The notes under the pieces were generated by a model, which saw nothing but the letters and a program-made list of their open reading frames with translations, was not told where the DNA came from and did not search any database. 64,000 nucleotides of DNA from Halorutilales archaeon Cl-col2-1 (GTDB taxonomy: Archaea > Halobacteriota > Halobacteria > Halobacteriales > Afararchaeaceae). Below, in pieces: positions 1 to 8,878 of the stretch. Numbering within the stretch: the first letter of the stretch is position 1; each line of letters begins with the position of its first letter. The position numbers and the translations under genes are program-made. The stretch covers positions 256,001-320,000 of the forward strand of contig CP169074.1 of the NCBI GenBank assembly GCA_041891055.1, given 5' to 3'.

Positions 1-89
1 TCCATAGTATATAAATTTTTGGTGGAAACTGTCGGCGGTGTTCAGATAAGGATTGAATGAAGAAGAGGCGTGGCGTTTTTTGAGTGTCT

Positions 90-775
90 ATGCCAGAAAA
101 CGCACGCCTCAGCAAGGATATAGACGTTCGTTAATCGTAGATTAACGAGCCTGTAAATCTCCGATTTACAGACACTATCGAGTTAGGGTTTGTGGAACGA
201 GAAGCGACACCCCAATTCGCTATGAAGCTCGGTATTCAGATGCACTTGGCTGGGTTATCGCTCTCGAATACCGTGTCTGTCCTCGAAAGTTTGGGTGTCG
301 AGCGCGTACGTTCGACCGTCCACAACTGGGTTCACAAGGCAGACTTACAGCCCGACGACAATAACAATCCGAATCAAGTTGCCGTTGACGAAACCATGAT
401 TCGGTTCAACGGAAGGTGGCACTGGCTGTACATCGCCGTCGATCCAGACACTAACAATATCCTCCACACGAAGCTTCAACCAACAAGAAACCACTATACA
501 GCGAAGGAATTCATGCTGGAACTAATTGAGAAACACGACTTGGACGAGAGCTTGTTTCTCGTTGATGGACTCCCGTCTCTTCATGATGCCTGTCGGTACC
601 ACTCACTCCGATTTCGGGTCACTAAACAGGGAAATCATCGGAACTCCGTAGAACGTGTCTTCAGAAATTAAAACGCCGTACAAAAGCTTTCTCTAACTCG
701 TTTAGCAACGCTCACCATCAGACAACCGACGACTGGCTCAAATCGTTCGCCTTCGCTTGGAATCATCTTATCTGA
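90..775 (+). pseudogene. IS6-family transposase pseudogene
   Basis: Starts MPENARLSKDID at ATG 90. A 48-bp insert carries an in-frame TAA (132-134). The frame resumes TIELGFVEREATP...STVHNWVHK...VAVDET...FLVDG...RNSVERVFR. A frameshift near 665 is followed by the typical tail LKRRTKAFSNSFS...WLKSFAFAWNHLI* ending at TGA 773-775. Confidence 0.88.
123..170. repeat. Single copy of a ~48-bp double-hairpin element inserted in the IS6 transposase
   Basis: GACGT-TCGTTAATC gta GATTAACGA-GC-CTGTAAATC tcc GATTTACAG. AGAC occurs at both 122-125 and 170-173. Same architecture as the array at 3767-3959. Confidence 0.8.
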
Positions 776-2010
776 ACACTACCTTAGACTCAGTCGTTTC
801 GGCATATTCTTCTCTAGCCTCCGACAGTGTTAACTCAGACGAGTCGGATACAAGACCCGGAGGGTCTACGACGAAAAGAGAAAGACTCGTGGTCGTGCTC
901 ACCGCAGCGGTCGGCTGTCTCTCGCTCGTCACGGGTGTGGTCAACCTCGCCTCAGCATTACGTTTCGTTCCTGTGGCACGGTACGTCCCCGAGTTCGTGA
1001 GAAGAGGGGTGAGTCTCACGGGATCTTTCACGGGATTCGCTCTCCTCGTGAGCGCGTGGGGTCTCGGAAGACGTCTCCGGGTTGCATGGTATATGACTCT
1101 AGTTCTCCTGCCGATAGTTGCTCTCCAAGGTGTCGTCCAGTCGAGCCTTCTTTCGGTTCCTCTGATACTTCTTTCGCTCGCCGCGGTACCGTCAGTCTTC
1201 TTGAGTAGATCGAGTTTCGACAGAAGACACCCGCTCTCCGACACCCAGACAGCTGCCGTCGTTATACTCTCCGTCGTAGTACTCTACGGAACCGTGGGAT
1301 CGTACGTTCTACGTGACGGGTACAGCCAGATAGAGACTCCCCTCGACGCATTCTACTACACCGTTGTAACCATCAGTACCGTAGGATACGGCGACGGAGT
1401 TCCGACTACACAGCTCACACGAACATTTACGTTGTCTCTGATCGTAGTTGGGACAGCGGGCTTCGCGGTCGGCGTGGGTGCGGTACTCACGCCGGCAATA
1501 GAAAAGCGTCTCACGACTGCACTCGGAAGGATGACCACATCAGAACTCGAACTCCTTGAGAACCACGTGATAGTTCTGGGATACGGAGACCTTACCGAGC
1601 CGATACTACGTGAGTTAGACGGAAGGGTTGAGTTCGTAGTTGTTACCGAGGGCTCTGCCGGCGAACTCGGTGAGAGAGGATACAACGTCCTCAAGGCGGA
1701 TCCGAGTAGCGAAGAGGCTATCACGACGGCGAGGATAGACACAGCGTCTGCTGTCGTGGCAGCCACCAACAACGACGCGGAGGACGCCCTCTCAGTCCTA
1801 ACGGCTCGCCAGCTTAACCCTGACGTGAGACTCGTCTCCGCAGCCACCGAACAGGAGAACGTCGAGAAGCTTAGGCGAGCCGGCGCAGACACCGTTATAA
1901 GCCCGGCGAGTATCGTAGGACATCTTCTCGTTGAGTCGGCTCTGAGTGGAAGTGACACCGAGGAGATCGCCGAGAGCATCCTCAAAGACAAGACGCGCTC
2001 CGAGAACTGA
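757..2010 (+). CDS. Potassium channel with N-terminal membrane domain and RCK/TrkA-N NAD-binding domain (start uncertain, possibly GTG 889)
   Basis: Selectivity filter TVGYGD and RCK motif HVIVLGYGDL...AVVAATNNDAED. The ORF-finder start (TTG 757) lies inside the IS6 right end. Confidence 0.85.
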   Translation: MESSYLNTTLDSVVSAYSSLASDSVNSDESDTRPGGSTTKRERLVVVLTAAVGCLSLVTGVVNLASALRFVPVARYVPEFVRRGVSLTGSFTGFALLVSAWGLGRRLRVAWYMTLVLLPIVALQGVVQSSLLSVPLILLSLAAVPSVFLSRSSFDRRHPLSDTQTAAVVILSVVVLYGTVGSYVLRDGYSQIETPLDAFYYTVVTISTVGYGDGVPTTQLTRTFTLSLIVVGTAGFAVGVGAVLTPAIEKRLTTALGRMTTSELELLENHVIVLGYGDLTEPILRELDGRVEFVVVTEGSAGELGERGYNVLKADPSSEEAITTARIDTASAVVAATNNDAEDALSVLTARQLNPDVRLVSAATEQENVEKLRRAGADTVISPASIVGHLLVESALSGSDTEEIAESILKDKTRSEN

Positions 2011-2052
2011 GACAGGCCTAAACTTTTTATAATGGGGATTCGTGAGAGAGTC

Positions 2053-2808
2053 ATGGTCTTTGACCTACACAGGCGGAAGTTCGTGATGGGATCAGTGGCG
2101 GTCGTAGTCGGGAGCATAGCGGGATGTACCGGCGGGGGCAATGGGGGCGAAGAAGACGGTGGGGATGAAGCTGGAGATGGCGATGGCACTGATAATGGAA
2201 ACGGCGAAACCGATGGTAACGGAGACGACGGAACCGCCGACGAGGAGGGGGATGAAGGGGAAGGCGAGGAGGTAATCTTCAGGGACGCCGTACAGATGGG
2301 TGAGTCATTTGCCTTTGAGTCGGAGTTCGAGACAGAAGAAGCTCAGGGAACCGCGACAGGCCGGTACTACGAGGACGACATCTACTACCACGTTGAGACA
2401 CAGGAACAGACGGTCGAGGTCTACGAGATCGACGACGAGACCTACGTCGTCTTTGTCGACGAGGATATGTGTGTCAAGAACCCGGGTGAGGAGATGAAGC
2501 CGGATTCGGGCGGCGAGGGAAAGGCAAATCCCGACGAATACGAGGCAGACGTCAACGACTACCCCGAGATAACACCCAAGGGAACGACGACAATAGACGG
2601 AGAGACTGTCTACATCTTCGAGATAACCGACGAGGACACAGAGATGACTGTGACTTACTACGTGAGCGTCGAGACAGGTTATATACGTAGAGTTGAGACA
2701 CAAGACGGCGTGGTGGATCTACATTCGTGGGACGACGTCGATCCCGTACAGCCTCCTGACATGGACTGCAGGGACATCTCAGATATGCCCTCACCAGGGG
2801 ACTTCTGA
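2053..2808 (+). CDS. Tat-exported acidic lipoprotein of unknown function
   Basis: HRRKF twin-arginine motif, lipobox SIAGC and Gly/Asp/Glu-rich linker. TTTTTATA lies ~25 nt upstream of ATG 2053. Confidence 0.8.
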   Translation: MVFDLHRRKFVMGSVAVVVGSIAGCTGGGNGGEEDGGDEAGDGDGTDNGNGETDGNGDDGTADEEGDEGEGEEVIFRDAVQMGESFAFESEFETEEAQGTATGRYYEDDIYYHVETQEQTVEVYEIDDETYVVFVDEDMCVKNPGEEMKPDSGGEGKANPDEYEADVNDYPEITPKGTTTIDGETVYIFEITDEDTEMTVTYYVSVETGYIRRVETQDGVVDLHSWDDVDPVQPPDMDCRDISDMPSPGDF

Positions 2809-2833
2809 TTCTCGAAGAGGTCGAATTTTATTT

Positions 2834-3712
2834 TTATCCGAGGTACGACGACTGGCAGTCTGGACAGATATCGCCTTCCCTTAGAGACTCCGACGACTCG
2901 AAGGTAGAACCACACGAGGAGCACGACAGCGACGTTTCGGAGACCTCGTCGGACGAACCACCGAAGGATGTCTCGTACGGTGTCTCAGTCTCATCCGTAG
3001 GGGTCTTTACGTCCTTCCCTGCCTGTGTTTCTGTCGTTGAGCCATCTGCATCACCGGAGATGTAGTCGGAAATTGAGCCGTTATCCTCCGAACCGGAGCC
3101 AATTCCCGGTATGTCCTGTTCCACGGAGTCGGACTCCCCATCCGTATCCGATTCGGACGTTGAGGAGCCGGACGAGGACGAGCCGGTCAGTATCTCGACT
3201 CCTTCGTCCTGATCCGCATCAGTCGACTCCTCGGCTGTCTCCTCATCTGTCTGGGTCTGGGAGTCGAGGTCAGAGCTATCCGACTCGAAGACATCTCCTC
3301 CGTCGCTCGTTACTGTATTGGATTCGGTGTGGTCAGTGGCGGTCTCAGAAACTGTTCTGACTCCAGAGGTTGACGAATCCGAGACCGAGGATTCGGTGCT
3401 GTCCTGAGACGGAGACTGTGTCGGTGTCGGAGATCCGGCTGTCTTCTCCTTCTGCTTCTCAGCCGTCTGTTCCCGATCCGGGCTTCGAGGGATTCCCCGG
3501 GAACTACCCCCGGTCTCGTCATCCGTGTCAGCCTCCGTCTCTCCACTCTCGACGACCTCACGTCTCTTCTTCTTGACCTCTCTCTCGCCACATCTCCTGC
3601 ACGTACGGAAGGTCGTAAACAGTATCTCCGTACAGCCGTCGTGCTCCTCCTGTGAGTCCTCCATCTGGTAGGGCTCCCAGTCGTGTCCTGTGAGTCGGCA
3701 GAGAGGTTTCAC
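2834..3712 (-). CDS. Haloarchaeal protein with N- and C-terminal Cys/His Zn-ribbon motifs and an acidic linker (DUF7093-like)
   Basis: LCRLTGHDW...TCRRCG at the N-terminus and CSSCG...LREGDICPDCQSSYL at the C-terminus. GTG 3712 was chosen because TTTTATG lies ~30 nt upstream. The longer ORF-finder start runs into the repeat array. Confidence 0.75.
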   Translation of the reverse strand: MKPLCRLTGHDWEPYQMEDSQEEHDGCTEILFTTFRTCRRCGEREVKKKRREVVESGETEADTDDETGGSSRGIPRSPDREQTAEKQKEKTAGSPTPTQSPSQDSTESSVSDSSTSGVRTVSETATDHTESNTVTSDGGDVFESDSSDLDSQTQTDEETAEESTDADQDEGVEILTGSSSSGSSTSESDTDGESDSVEQDIPGIGSGSEDNGSISDYISGDADGSTTETQAGKDVKTPTDETETPYETSFGGSSDEVSETSLSCSSCGSTFESSESLREGDICPDCQSSYLG

Positions 3713-3766
3713 TCTTGTTAGAGTCTCCGTGCCACCGAGACATAAAACCTCGTCAGACGGACGTGT

Positions 3767-3959
3767 GACGCATTCGGAAATCTCTGATTTCCGAGCCTTC
3801 AAAGCTCTGCTTTGAGACGTTCGTGAATCTCTGATTCACGTGCCATCGAAGCTTCCGCTTCGAGACGTTCGCGAATCTTCGATTCGCGTGCCCACAAGAT
3901 CGGAGATCTTGTGACGTTCGAAAATCTCCGATTTCTGAGCCATCAAATCTCCGATTTGA
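3767..3959. repeat. Tandem array of four 47-49-bp double-hairpin units
   Basis: Units start at 3767, 3816, 3864 and 3913 with GACG(TT)CG. Each has hairpin 1 (..AATC nnn GATT..), a linker (A/T)GCC and hairpin 2. Stems differ in sequence but stay paired. Confidence 0.85.
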
Positions 3960-4007
3960 GAAGCCCGACTCGGAACTCCTAAGGAAGACACGTACGGATA
4001 CGTCTGT

Positions 4008-5129
4008 ATGTACGAGATTCCCGTGATAAAGGGCGACGGAATAGGACCCGAGATCGTCGAGGAGGGACAGCGTGTTCTTGAAGCAGCGAGCGACGTCTGC
4101 AATTTCGGATTAGACTGGAAGGAGTACCCGTACGGAGCCGACCACTACCTTGATACGGGAGAGATACTTCCCGACTCCGCCTTAGACGAGCTATCTAAGT
4201 ACGACGCCATCTACTTCGGGAGCATAGGAGACCCGAGAGTAGAGCCCGGCGTCTTAGAGAAGGGAATAATTCTGAAGCTCCGTTTCGAGTTCGACCAGTA
4301 CGTCAACCTGCGTCCCGTGAAGCTTCTCGAAGGCGTGGAGACACCTCTCAAGGACAAGACACCCGACGACATAGACTTCACGGTAGTGAGGGAGAACACC
4401 GAGGACTTTTACATAGGTCTCGGGGGACGCGCGAAAGGAAAGACTGAGGCTGAGCTTGAGGTTGAGAGGAATCTTTACAAGACGAAGTTCGGTCTTGACA
4501 TAGAGACAGACGCCGAGGAGATCGCCTACCAGATCGGTAGCATCTCGCGCGAAGGGTCGGAGAGGGTCGTCGAGTACGCCTTCGACCACGCTGAGTCGGA
4601 GGGCCACGACCGCGTGACGGGTATCGACAAGGCGAACGTCCTGAGTGACATATACGGCATGTGGAGGGAGGTCATAGAGGAGGTTAGCGAGGACTACTCG
4701 GGTATAGAACACGAGTTCAACTACGTCGACGCCGCGACGATGTGGTTCGTGAAGAACCCCGACCATTACGAGACAGTCGTCACTCCCAACATGTTCGGCG
4801 ACATAGTCACCGACCTAGGCGCTATGATACAGGGAGGTCTCGGTCTCTCGCCCGGAGGTAACATAAATCCCGAGGGGACAAGCATGTTCGAGCCATTACA
4901 CGGAAGTGCGCCGAAGTACGCTGGTGAGAACAGGGCGAACCCCACGGCTACTATCTGGGCGGGTGCTATGCTCCTCGACACTCTCGGAGAGGAAGAGGCG
5001 TCGGAACGCGTAATGGAAGCCTTAGGCGACGTTCTCGCCGAGGGAGAGGTCAGGACGCCCGACATAGGCGGTGACGCCGGAACTGACGACTTTGGAAAAG
5101 CGGTCGCAGAACGCGTCAGACAGGGCTAG
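4008..5129 (+). CDS. leuB: Isocitrate/isopropylmalate dehydrogenase family protein, probably 3-isopropylmalate dehydrogenase
   Basis: Motifs [49 protein letters not shown] and TPDIGG. Confidence 0.75.
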   Translation: MYEIPVIKGDGIGPEIVEEGQRVLEAASDVCNFGLDWKEYPYGADHYLDTGEILPDSALDELSKYDAIYFGSIGDPRVEPGVLEKGIILKLRFEFDQYVNLRPVKLLEGVETPLKDKTPDDIDFTVVRENTEDFYIGLGGRAKGKTEAELEVERNLYKTKFGLDIETDAEEIAYQIGSISREGSERVVEYAFDHAESEGHDRVTGIDKANVLSDIYGMWREVIEEVSEDYSGIEHEFNYVDAATMWFVKNPDHYETVVTPNMFGDIVTDLGAMIQGGLGLSPGGNINPEGTSMFEPLHGSAPKYAGENRANPTATIWAGAMLLDTLGEEEASERVMEALGDVLAEGEVRTPDIGGDAGTDDFGKAVAERVRQG

Positions 5130-6151
5130 AAGGAGTTCGTCTTACTCTTTCCGGTGTAACTTCTACGTAACGCTACCGAGAGACCGCCGAGTCCGACGAC
5201 GGTTATCACGGCTCCGGCGAGCCCTCCAATGATCGGAACCATGCCGAGTATCGACGAGACGAGTAGACCGATGACGAGAGACAGCCATCTGTTCCTGAAG
5301 CCTTCGAGAGAGAGTATCCATGTCCCGAGAGAGAAACTACCGTAGACTGACGACATCCAGAGTGCGACCGCGAATAGTAATCCGAGGACGAGAGCTATTG
5401 GAATTCCTATTACTGTTATACTCACCAAGATTAATCCTATCGGAACACCGACTGCGACGAGGAGTCCCACGCCTCCAGACTCGACGGGTTCGGAGACCAC
5501 CTCGTCGGCTACGGCGTCTGAGAGCCCAGGGAAAACGTATATAAGTATCAGACCTACGACGAGGTTGACGAGGAAGCCGTAGACAGAGAAGACCCACGAC
5601 GGTAGCAAGGAGTCGCTCGACCCCGGCTTAGTCTCTATCTTCTCGGTCTTACCGCCTATCTGTGCTCCCGAGCCACGTGTGTAGTCCTCAGCTGTGTAAC
5701 GCAGGTCGCCTCCTATGACGGCGTTCTCACCGAGACTGAGACTACTCGTCCTGAGTGTCGAAGTTCCGTTTATATGACCTTGAATAAGTGCACTCCCGGC
5801 ACTCGCGTTGAGGCTGCCCGAGATCCTCGCCGACTCGCCCACCAGGACGTTCCCCGTGTTAGCCTCGACGTCGCCCGTGACGTTTCCGTTGATAGCAACG
5901 GTTCCCGAGTACGCCTTGACGTCTCCGTTGACATTCCCGTCGATGGTAACGGTACCCGCGTAGGCTTTGAGGTTGCCGTCGACTGTTCCCCGAACCAGGA
6001 CGGTTCCGCCGTAGGCGTTTATGCTCTCAGTTGTTTCCCCGTCCTCTACTATTACGTTGCCTCCCGTACGTGTCTCCTGTGCCGAGACGGGAGACGTCGC
6101 AAAGACGAGCAGAAGAAAGCCCGCCAGAGCCAAGAGGTACTTCGTCTTCAT
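5126..6151 (-). CDS. Membrane protein with N-terminal signal, bactofilin-like beta-helix repeats and C-terminal TM helices
   Basis: Repeated GTVxIxGxVxGDVxA units followed by 4-5 hydrophobic segments. Confidence 0.75.
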   Translation of the reverse strand: MKTKYLLALAGFLLLVFATSPVSAQETRTGGNVIVEDGETTESINAYGGTVLVRGTVDGNLKAYAGTVTIDGNVNGDVKAYSGTVAINGNVTGDVEANTGNVLVGESARISGSLNASAGSALIQGHINGTSTLRTSSLSLGENAVIGGDLRYTAEDYTRGSGAQIGGKTEKIETKPGSSDSLLPSWVFSVYGFLVNLVVGLILIYVFPGLSDAVADEVVSEPVESGGVGLLVAVGVPIGLILVSITVIGIPIALVLGLLFAVALWMSSVYGSFSLGTWILSLEGFRNRWLSLVIGLLVSSILGMVPIIGGLAGAVITVVGLGGLSVALRRSYTGKSKTNSF

Positions 6152-6271
6152 GTCGTTAATGCTTCGTTCAAGGGGTTAATAAATACTGGTAAGCTGTCCG
6201 ACGGAAGTCTGACGCCGACGCCGACATGAGATACGAAAGGACTTTTGTAGAGGAGTACCTATCCCCGACGA

Positions 6272-7213
6272 ATGAGCGTAAGGAAGAAGACAGAGGAGCT
6301 TATAAGCGAAGACCCGAGTCTCTCCTCGTCCCTTGAGAGACTCCTTGAGATAGAGGAGTCGGAAGGTGAGATACTCTGGAGTGACGTTAACTCGGAGATT
6401 ACGAGCGGTCAGTGGGGTCGTCTCATAGAGAGAGGGGTACTGACTGAGGCGGACGACGGCGAAGGCTTCGTAATATCCGATACCGAGGCTGTCGAAGATG
6501 TCGTACATGGAGGCTCATCGACCTCTACATCTCTGACGGGATCAGGAGACAGTGGCGGTGACGGTGTAGACACATCGTGGAGCACCGTCGACAAGGCTGT
6601 CGCCGCAGTCGGTGCTTTCTTTATCTTCTTCGGATACTCGAACGCGACAGTACAGGACGCGATAGGAAGTACACTCAACGGAGTATTCGCGCCCCTACAC
6701 ACGTCTCTTGGACTACCGTACTACATCATAATACTCATACTCGCTACTCTGACAGGACTCTACTCAAGCTTCCTCCAGATGTACCTCATGGACTGGGACT
6801 GGGTAAATAAGAAACAGGAGGAGCTGAAGGAGATACAGTCGGAGATGAAGGAGGCTCAGATGGGTGGCGACGACGCCCAGCAGGCACAGCTCCAGGAGGA
6901 GCAGAAGGAGATGTTCTCGGAGCAGATGGACATCATGAAGATGCAGTTCCGTCCCTCGATATGGATAATGGTGATCACGATACCCATCTTCATCTGGCTC
7001 TACTGGAACTTCACGAGCCGGACGGGACAGCCGATGATACTCGAAACCGCGGGCGAGATGCCGACGATAAACACGCCGTTCACCGACGGTGCGATAGAGT
7101 TCAACTCGACACTTATAGGTCCCGTACAGGCGTGGCTCGGATGGTATATACTCTGTTCGTTCGGTCTCGGACAGATAATGAGGAAGGTACTCGGGGTCAA
7201 TCCCTCGACATGA
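6272..7213 (+). CDS. DUF106 / EMC3-Get1-Oxa1-superfamily membrane protein
   Basis: TM helix, Gln/Glu coiled coil, QFRPSIWIMVITIPIFIWL and terminal WLGWYILCSFGLGQIMRKVLGV. Confidence 0.8.
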   Translation: MSVRKKTEELISEDPSLSSSLERLLEIEESEGEILWSDVNSEITSGQWGRLIERGVLTEADDGEGFVISDTEAVEDVVHGGSSTSTSLTGSGDSGGDGVDTSWSTVDKAVAAVGAFFIFFGYSNATVQDAIGSTLNGVFAPLHTSLGLPYYIIILILATLTGLYSSFLQMYLMDWDWVNKKQEELKEIQSEMKEAQMGGDDAQQAQLQEEQKEMFSEQMDIMKMQFRPSIWIMVITIPIFIWLYWNFTSRTGQPMILETAGEMPTINTPFTDGAIEFNSTLIGPVQAWLGWYILCSFGLGQIMRKVLGVNPST

Positions 7214-7218
7214 CATAG

Positions 7219-8055
7219 ATGACCGAGTTCACGAAGGCACACGGAAACGGCAACGACTTTCTGATAGTCAATGAGTGGGACTCCGAAGCCGTCGGGGACA
7301 AGGAGGGCTTCGCGTCTGAGTACTGCGAGAGACGTTTCGGGGTAGGCGGCGACGGCGTCCTCTTCTTACAGAAGCCCGAAAGCCGAGACGCCGAGATACG
7401 TATGTCTCTCTACCAGCCCGACGGCGATGAGGTCGAGATGTGTGGGAACGGAGTGAGATGTCTCGTGGCTTACGCCGTGGAAGAGGGCTTCGTCGATGAG
7501 TCGGATTCGGATGTGACCGTCACGGTGGATGTCGAGACACTCGACGGAGTCAAGGAGACAGTCTACACACGTGAGGACGGCGACCACATGGTAACCGTAG
7601 ATATGGGAGAGCCGTCTTTCGACCCCGAAGACGTCCCCGCCGAGAGACGTATAGTCGAGGAGGAGATCGGCGGCTACCGTCTGACATCGTCTAACACCGG
7701 AGTGCCTCACTCAGTGGTCTTCGTCGATGAGGTTGATGAAATAGATGTCGAGGAAGAGTCTCCCGATATACGCCACGCCGACGTCTTTCCTGAGGGGTCG
7801 AACGTCAACTTCGCGTCTCCGACTCAAGACGGCTACAAGATAAGAACCTTCGAGAGGGGCGTCGAGGGCGAGACGCTTTCGTGTGGCACGGGAAGTGTCG
7901 CAGTCGCGGCGGTAGCGCGCGAACTCGGAAAGACTGACGATGACGACGGAGAACTGCGGATACAGACCCGCGGCGGCGACCTCTGGATAAGCTTCGAGGA
8001 CGGATCGGCGATGATGAAGGGACCCGCCGAGATAGTCTACGAAGGAGAAGTCTGA
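7219..8055 (+). CDS. dapF: Diaminopimelate epimerase
   Basis: Motifs KAHGNGNDF, EMCGNGVRC, TGVPH, NVNF and ERGVEGETLSCGTG. Confidence 0.95.
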   Translation: MTEFTKAHGNGNDFLIVNEWDSEAVGDKEGFASEYCERRFGVGGDGVLFLQKPESRDAEIRMSLYQPDGDEVEMCGNGVRCLVAYAVEEGFVDESDSDVTVTVDVETLDGVKETVYTREDGDHMVTVDMGEPSFDPEDVPAERRIVEEEIGGYRLTSSNTGVPHSVVFVDEVDEIDVEEESPDIRHADVFPEGSNVNFASPTQDGYKIRTFERGVEGETLSCGTGSVAVAAVARELGKTDDDDGELRIQTRGGDLWISFEDGSAMMKGPAEIVYEGEV

Positions 8056-8086
8056 TTACGTCTGCTTTCCTCGGTCAGTATATTAG

Positions 8087-8878
8087 TTACAGGTCGAGCA
8101 CGTCGTCCATTCCGTAGAGACCCGGCTCCTGTCCGGCTAAGAAGACCGCGGCGTCGACCGCACCCGCTGCGAAGGCACGTCTCTCTCCGGCTCTGTGCTT
8201 TATTATGACCGACTCGCCCTCACCGGATATCAGAACCTCGTGTTCGCCGACTATCTCTCCAGCCCTGCGCGCGTGTACTCCTATCTCGTCGCTCCTCGGA
8301 GCCTCGCCCTCTCTTCCGTGGACGTGTTCGCGGTCTCCTATGCCGTTTTCTATCCTCTCTACCGTCGTGAGCGCGGTACCAGAGGGCGCGTCGACTTTGT
8401 GTCTGTGGTGGGTCTCTGTCACCTCGTAGTCGTACCCCGGGAGAAGCGACGCGGCTTCCTCGACTATCTCCCAGAAGGCATTCACCCCCGTCGCGAAGTT
8501 ACTCGACTGGAGCACGGGTATCTCGTCGGCGGCGTCTTCTATTTTCGACTCGGTCTCGTCGGTGAGACCCGTCGTACCCGTCACGAGAGGCGTACGTGTC
8601 GATAAGGCGGCTTCGACGAACCTCTGTGTCCCCTCGGGTGAGGTAAACTCTATAGCTACGTCGGCTTCGTCGAAAGCCTCCTCGGCTTCGTCGGGCGACA
8701 TTATCTCGACGCCGTGTTCACGTATCTCGTCCCCGACGCCGTTCCTGTCGACCGCGCCGATGAGTTCGACTGTGTTCCTCGTCTTTATGACGTCGAGTAT
8801 GAGCCGTCCCATACGTCCACGGACGCCCGCGACTGCGACCTTCGTCTCCGCCTCAGTCCCCGTCTCATCGTCAGTCAT
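8087..8878 (-). CDS. dapB: 4-hydroxy-tetrahydrodipicolinate reductase
   Basis: Motifs GVRGRMG, GTTG and ETHHRHKVDAPSGTA. Overlaps the dapA stop. Confidence 0.95.
   Translation of the reverse strand: MTDDETGTEAETKVAVAGVRGRMGRLILDVIKTRNTVELIGAVDRNGVGDEIREHGVEIMSPDEAEEAFDEADVAIEFTSPEGTQRFVEAALSTRTPLVTGTTGLTDETESKIEDAADEIPVLQSSNFATGVNAFWEIVEEAASLLPGYDYEVTETHHRHKVDAPSGTALTTVERIENGIGDREHVHGREGEAPRSDEIGVHARRAGEIVGEHEVLISGEGESVIIKHRAGERRAFAAGAVDAAVFLAGQEPGLYGMDDVLDL

Larger units (their letters stand above)
34..783 (+). mobile_element. IS6-family insertion sequence (haloarchaeal type), inactivated
   Basis: Terminal IRs GGCGGTGTTCAGATAAG (34-50) and revcomp of 767-783 GGTAGTGTTCAGATAAG match at 15/17. 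They enclose a DDE transposase. No flanking target duplication is visible. Confidence 0.9.

Noticed and set aside
192-671. Intact 159-aa transposase as listed in the ORF track
   Set aside because: It is the middle fragment of a gene broken by an insertion and a frameshift.
1356-2189. Long antisense ORFs (also 30344..30958, 37906..38754, 40725..41402, 52201..52869, 55142..55888 and many others)
   Set aside because: These Ser/Arg/Pro-rich shadow frames overlap well-supported genes, as expected in GC-rich DNA coding for acidic proteins.
3767-3959. CRISPR array
   Set aside because: There are no identical 25-40-bp repeats with unique spacers. The variable parts are themselves palindromic, and no cas genes occur in the window.
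3713-4102. N-terminal extension of ORF 2834..3802 and ORF 3836..4102 (-)
   Set aside because: They read through the hairpin array or antisense to leuB, and a better start with a TATA box exists at 3712.
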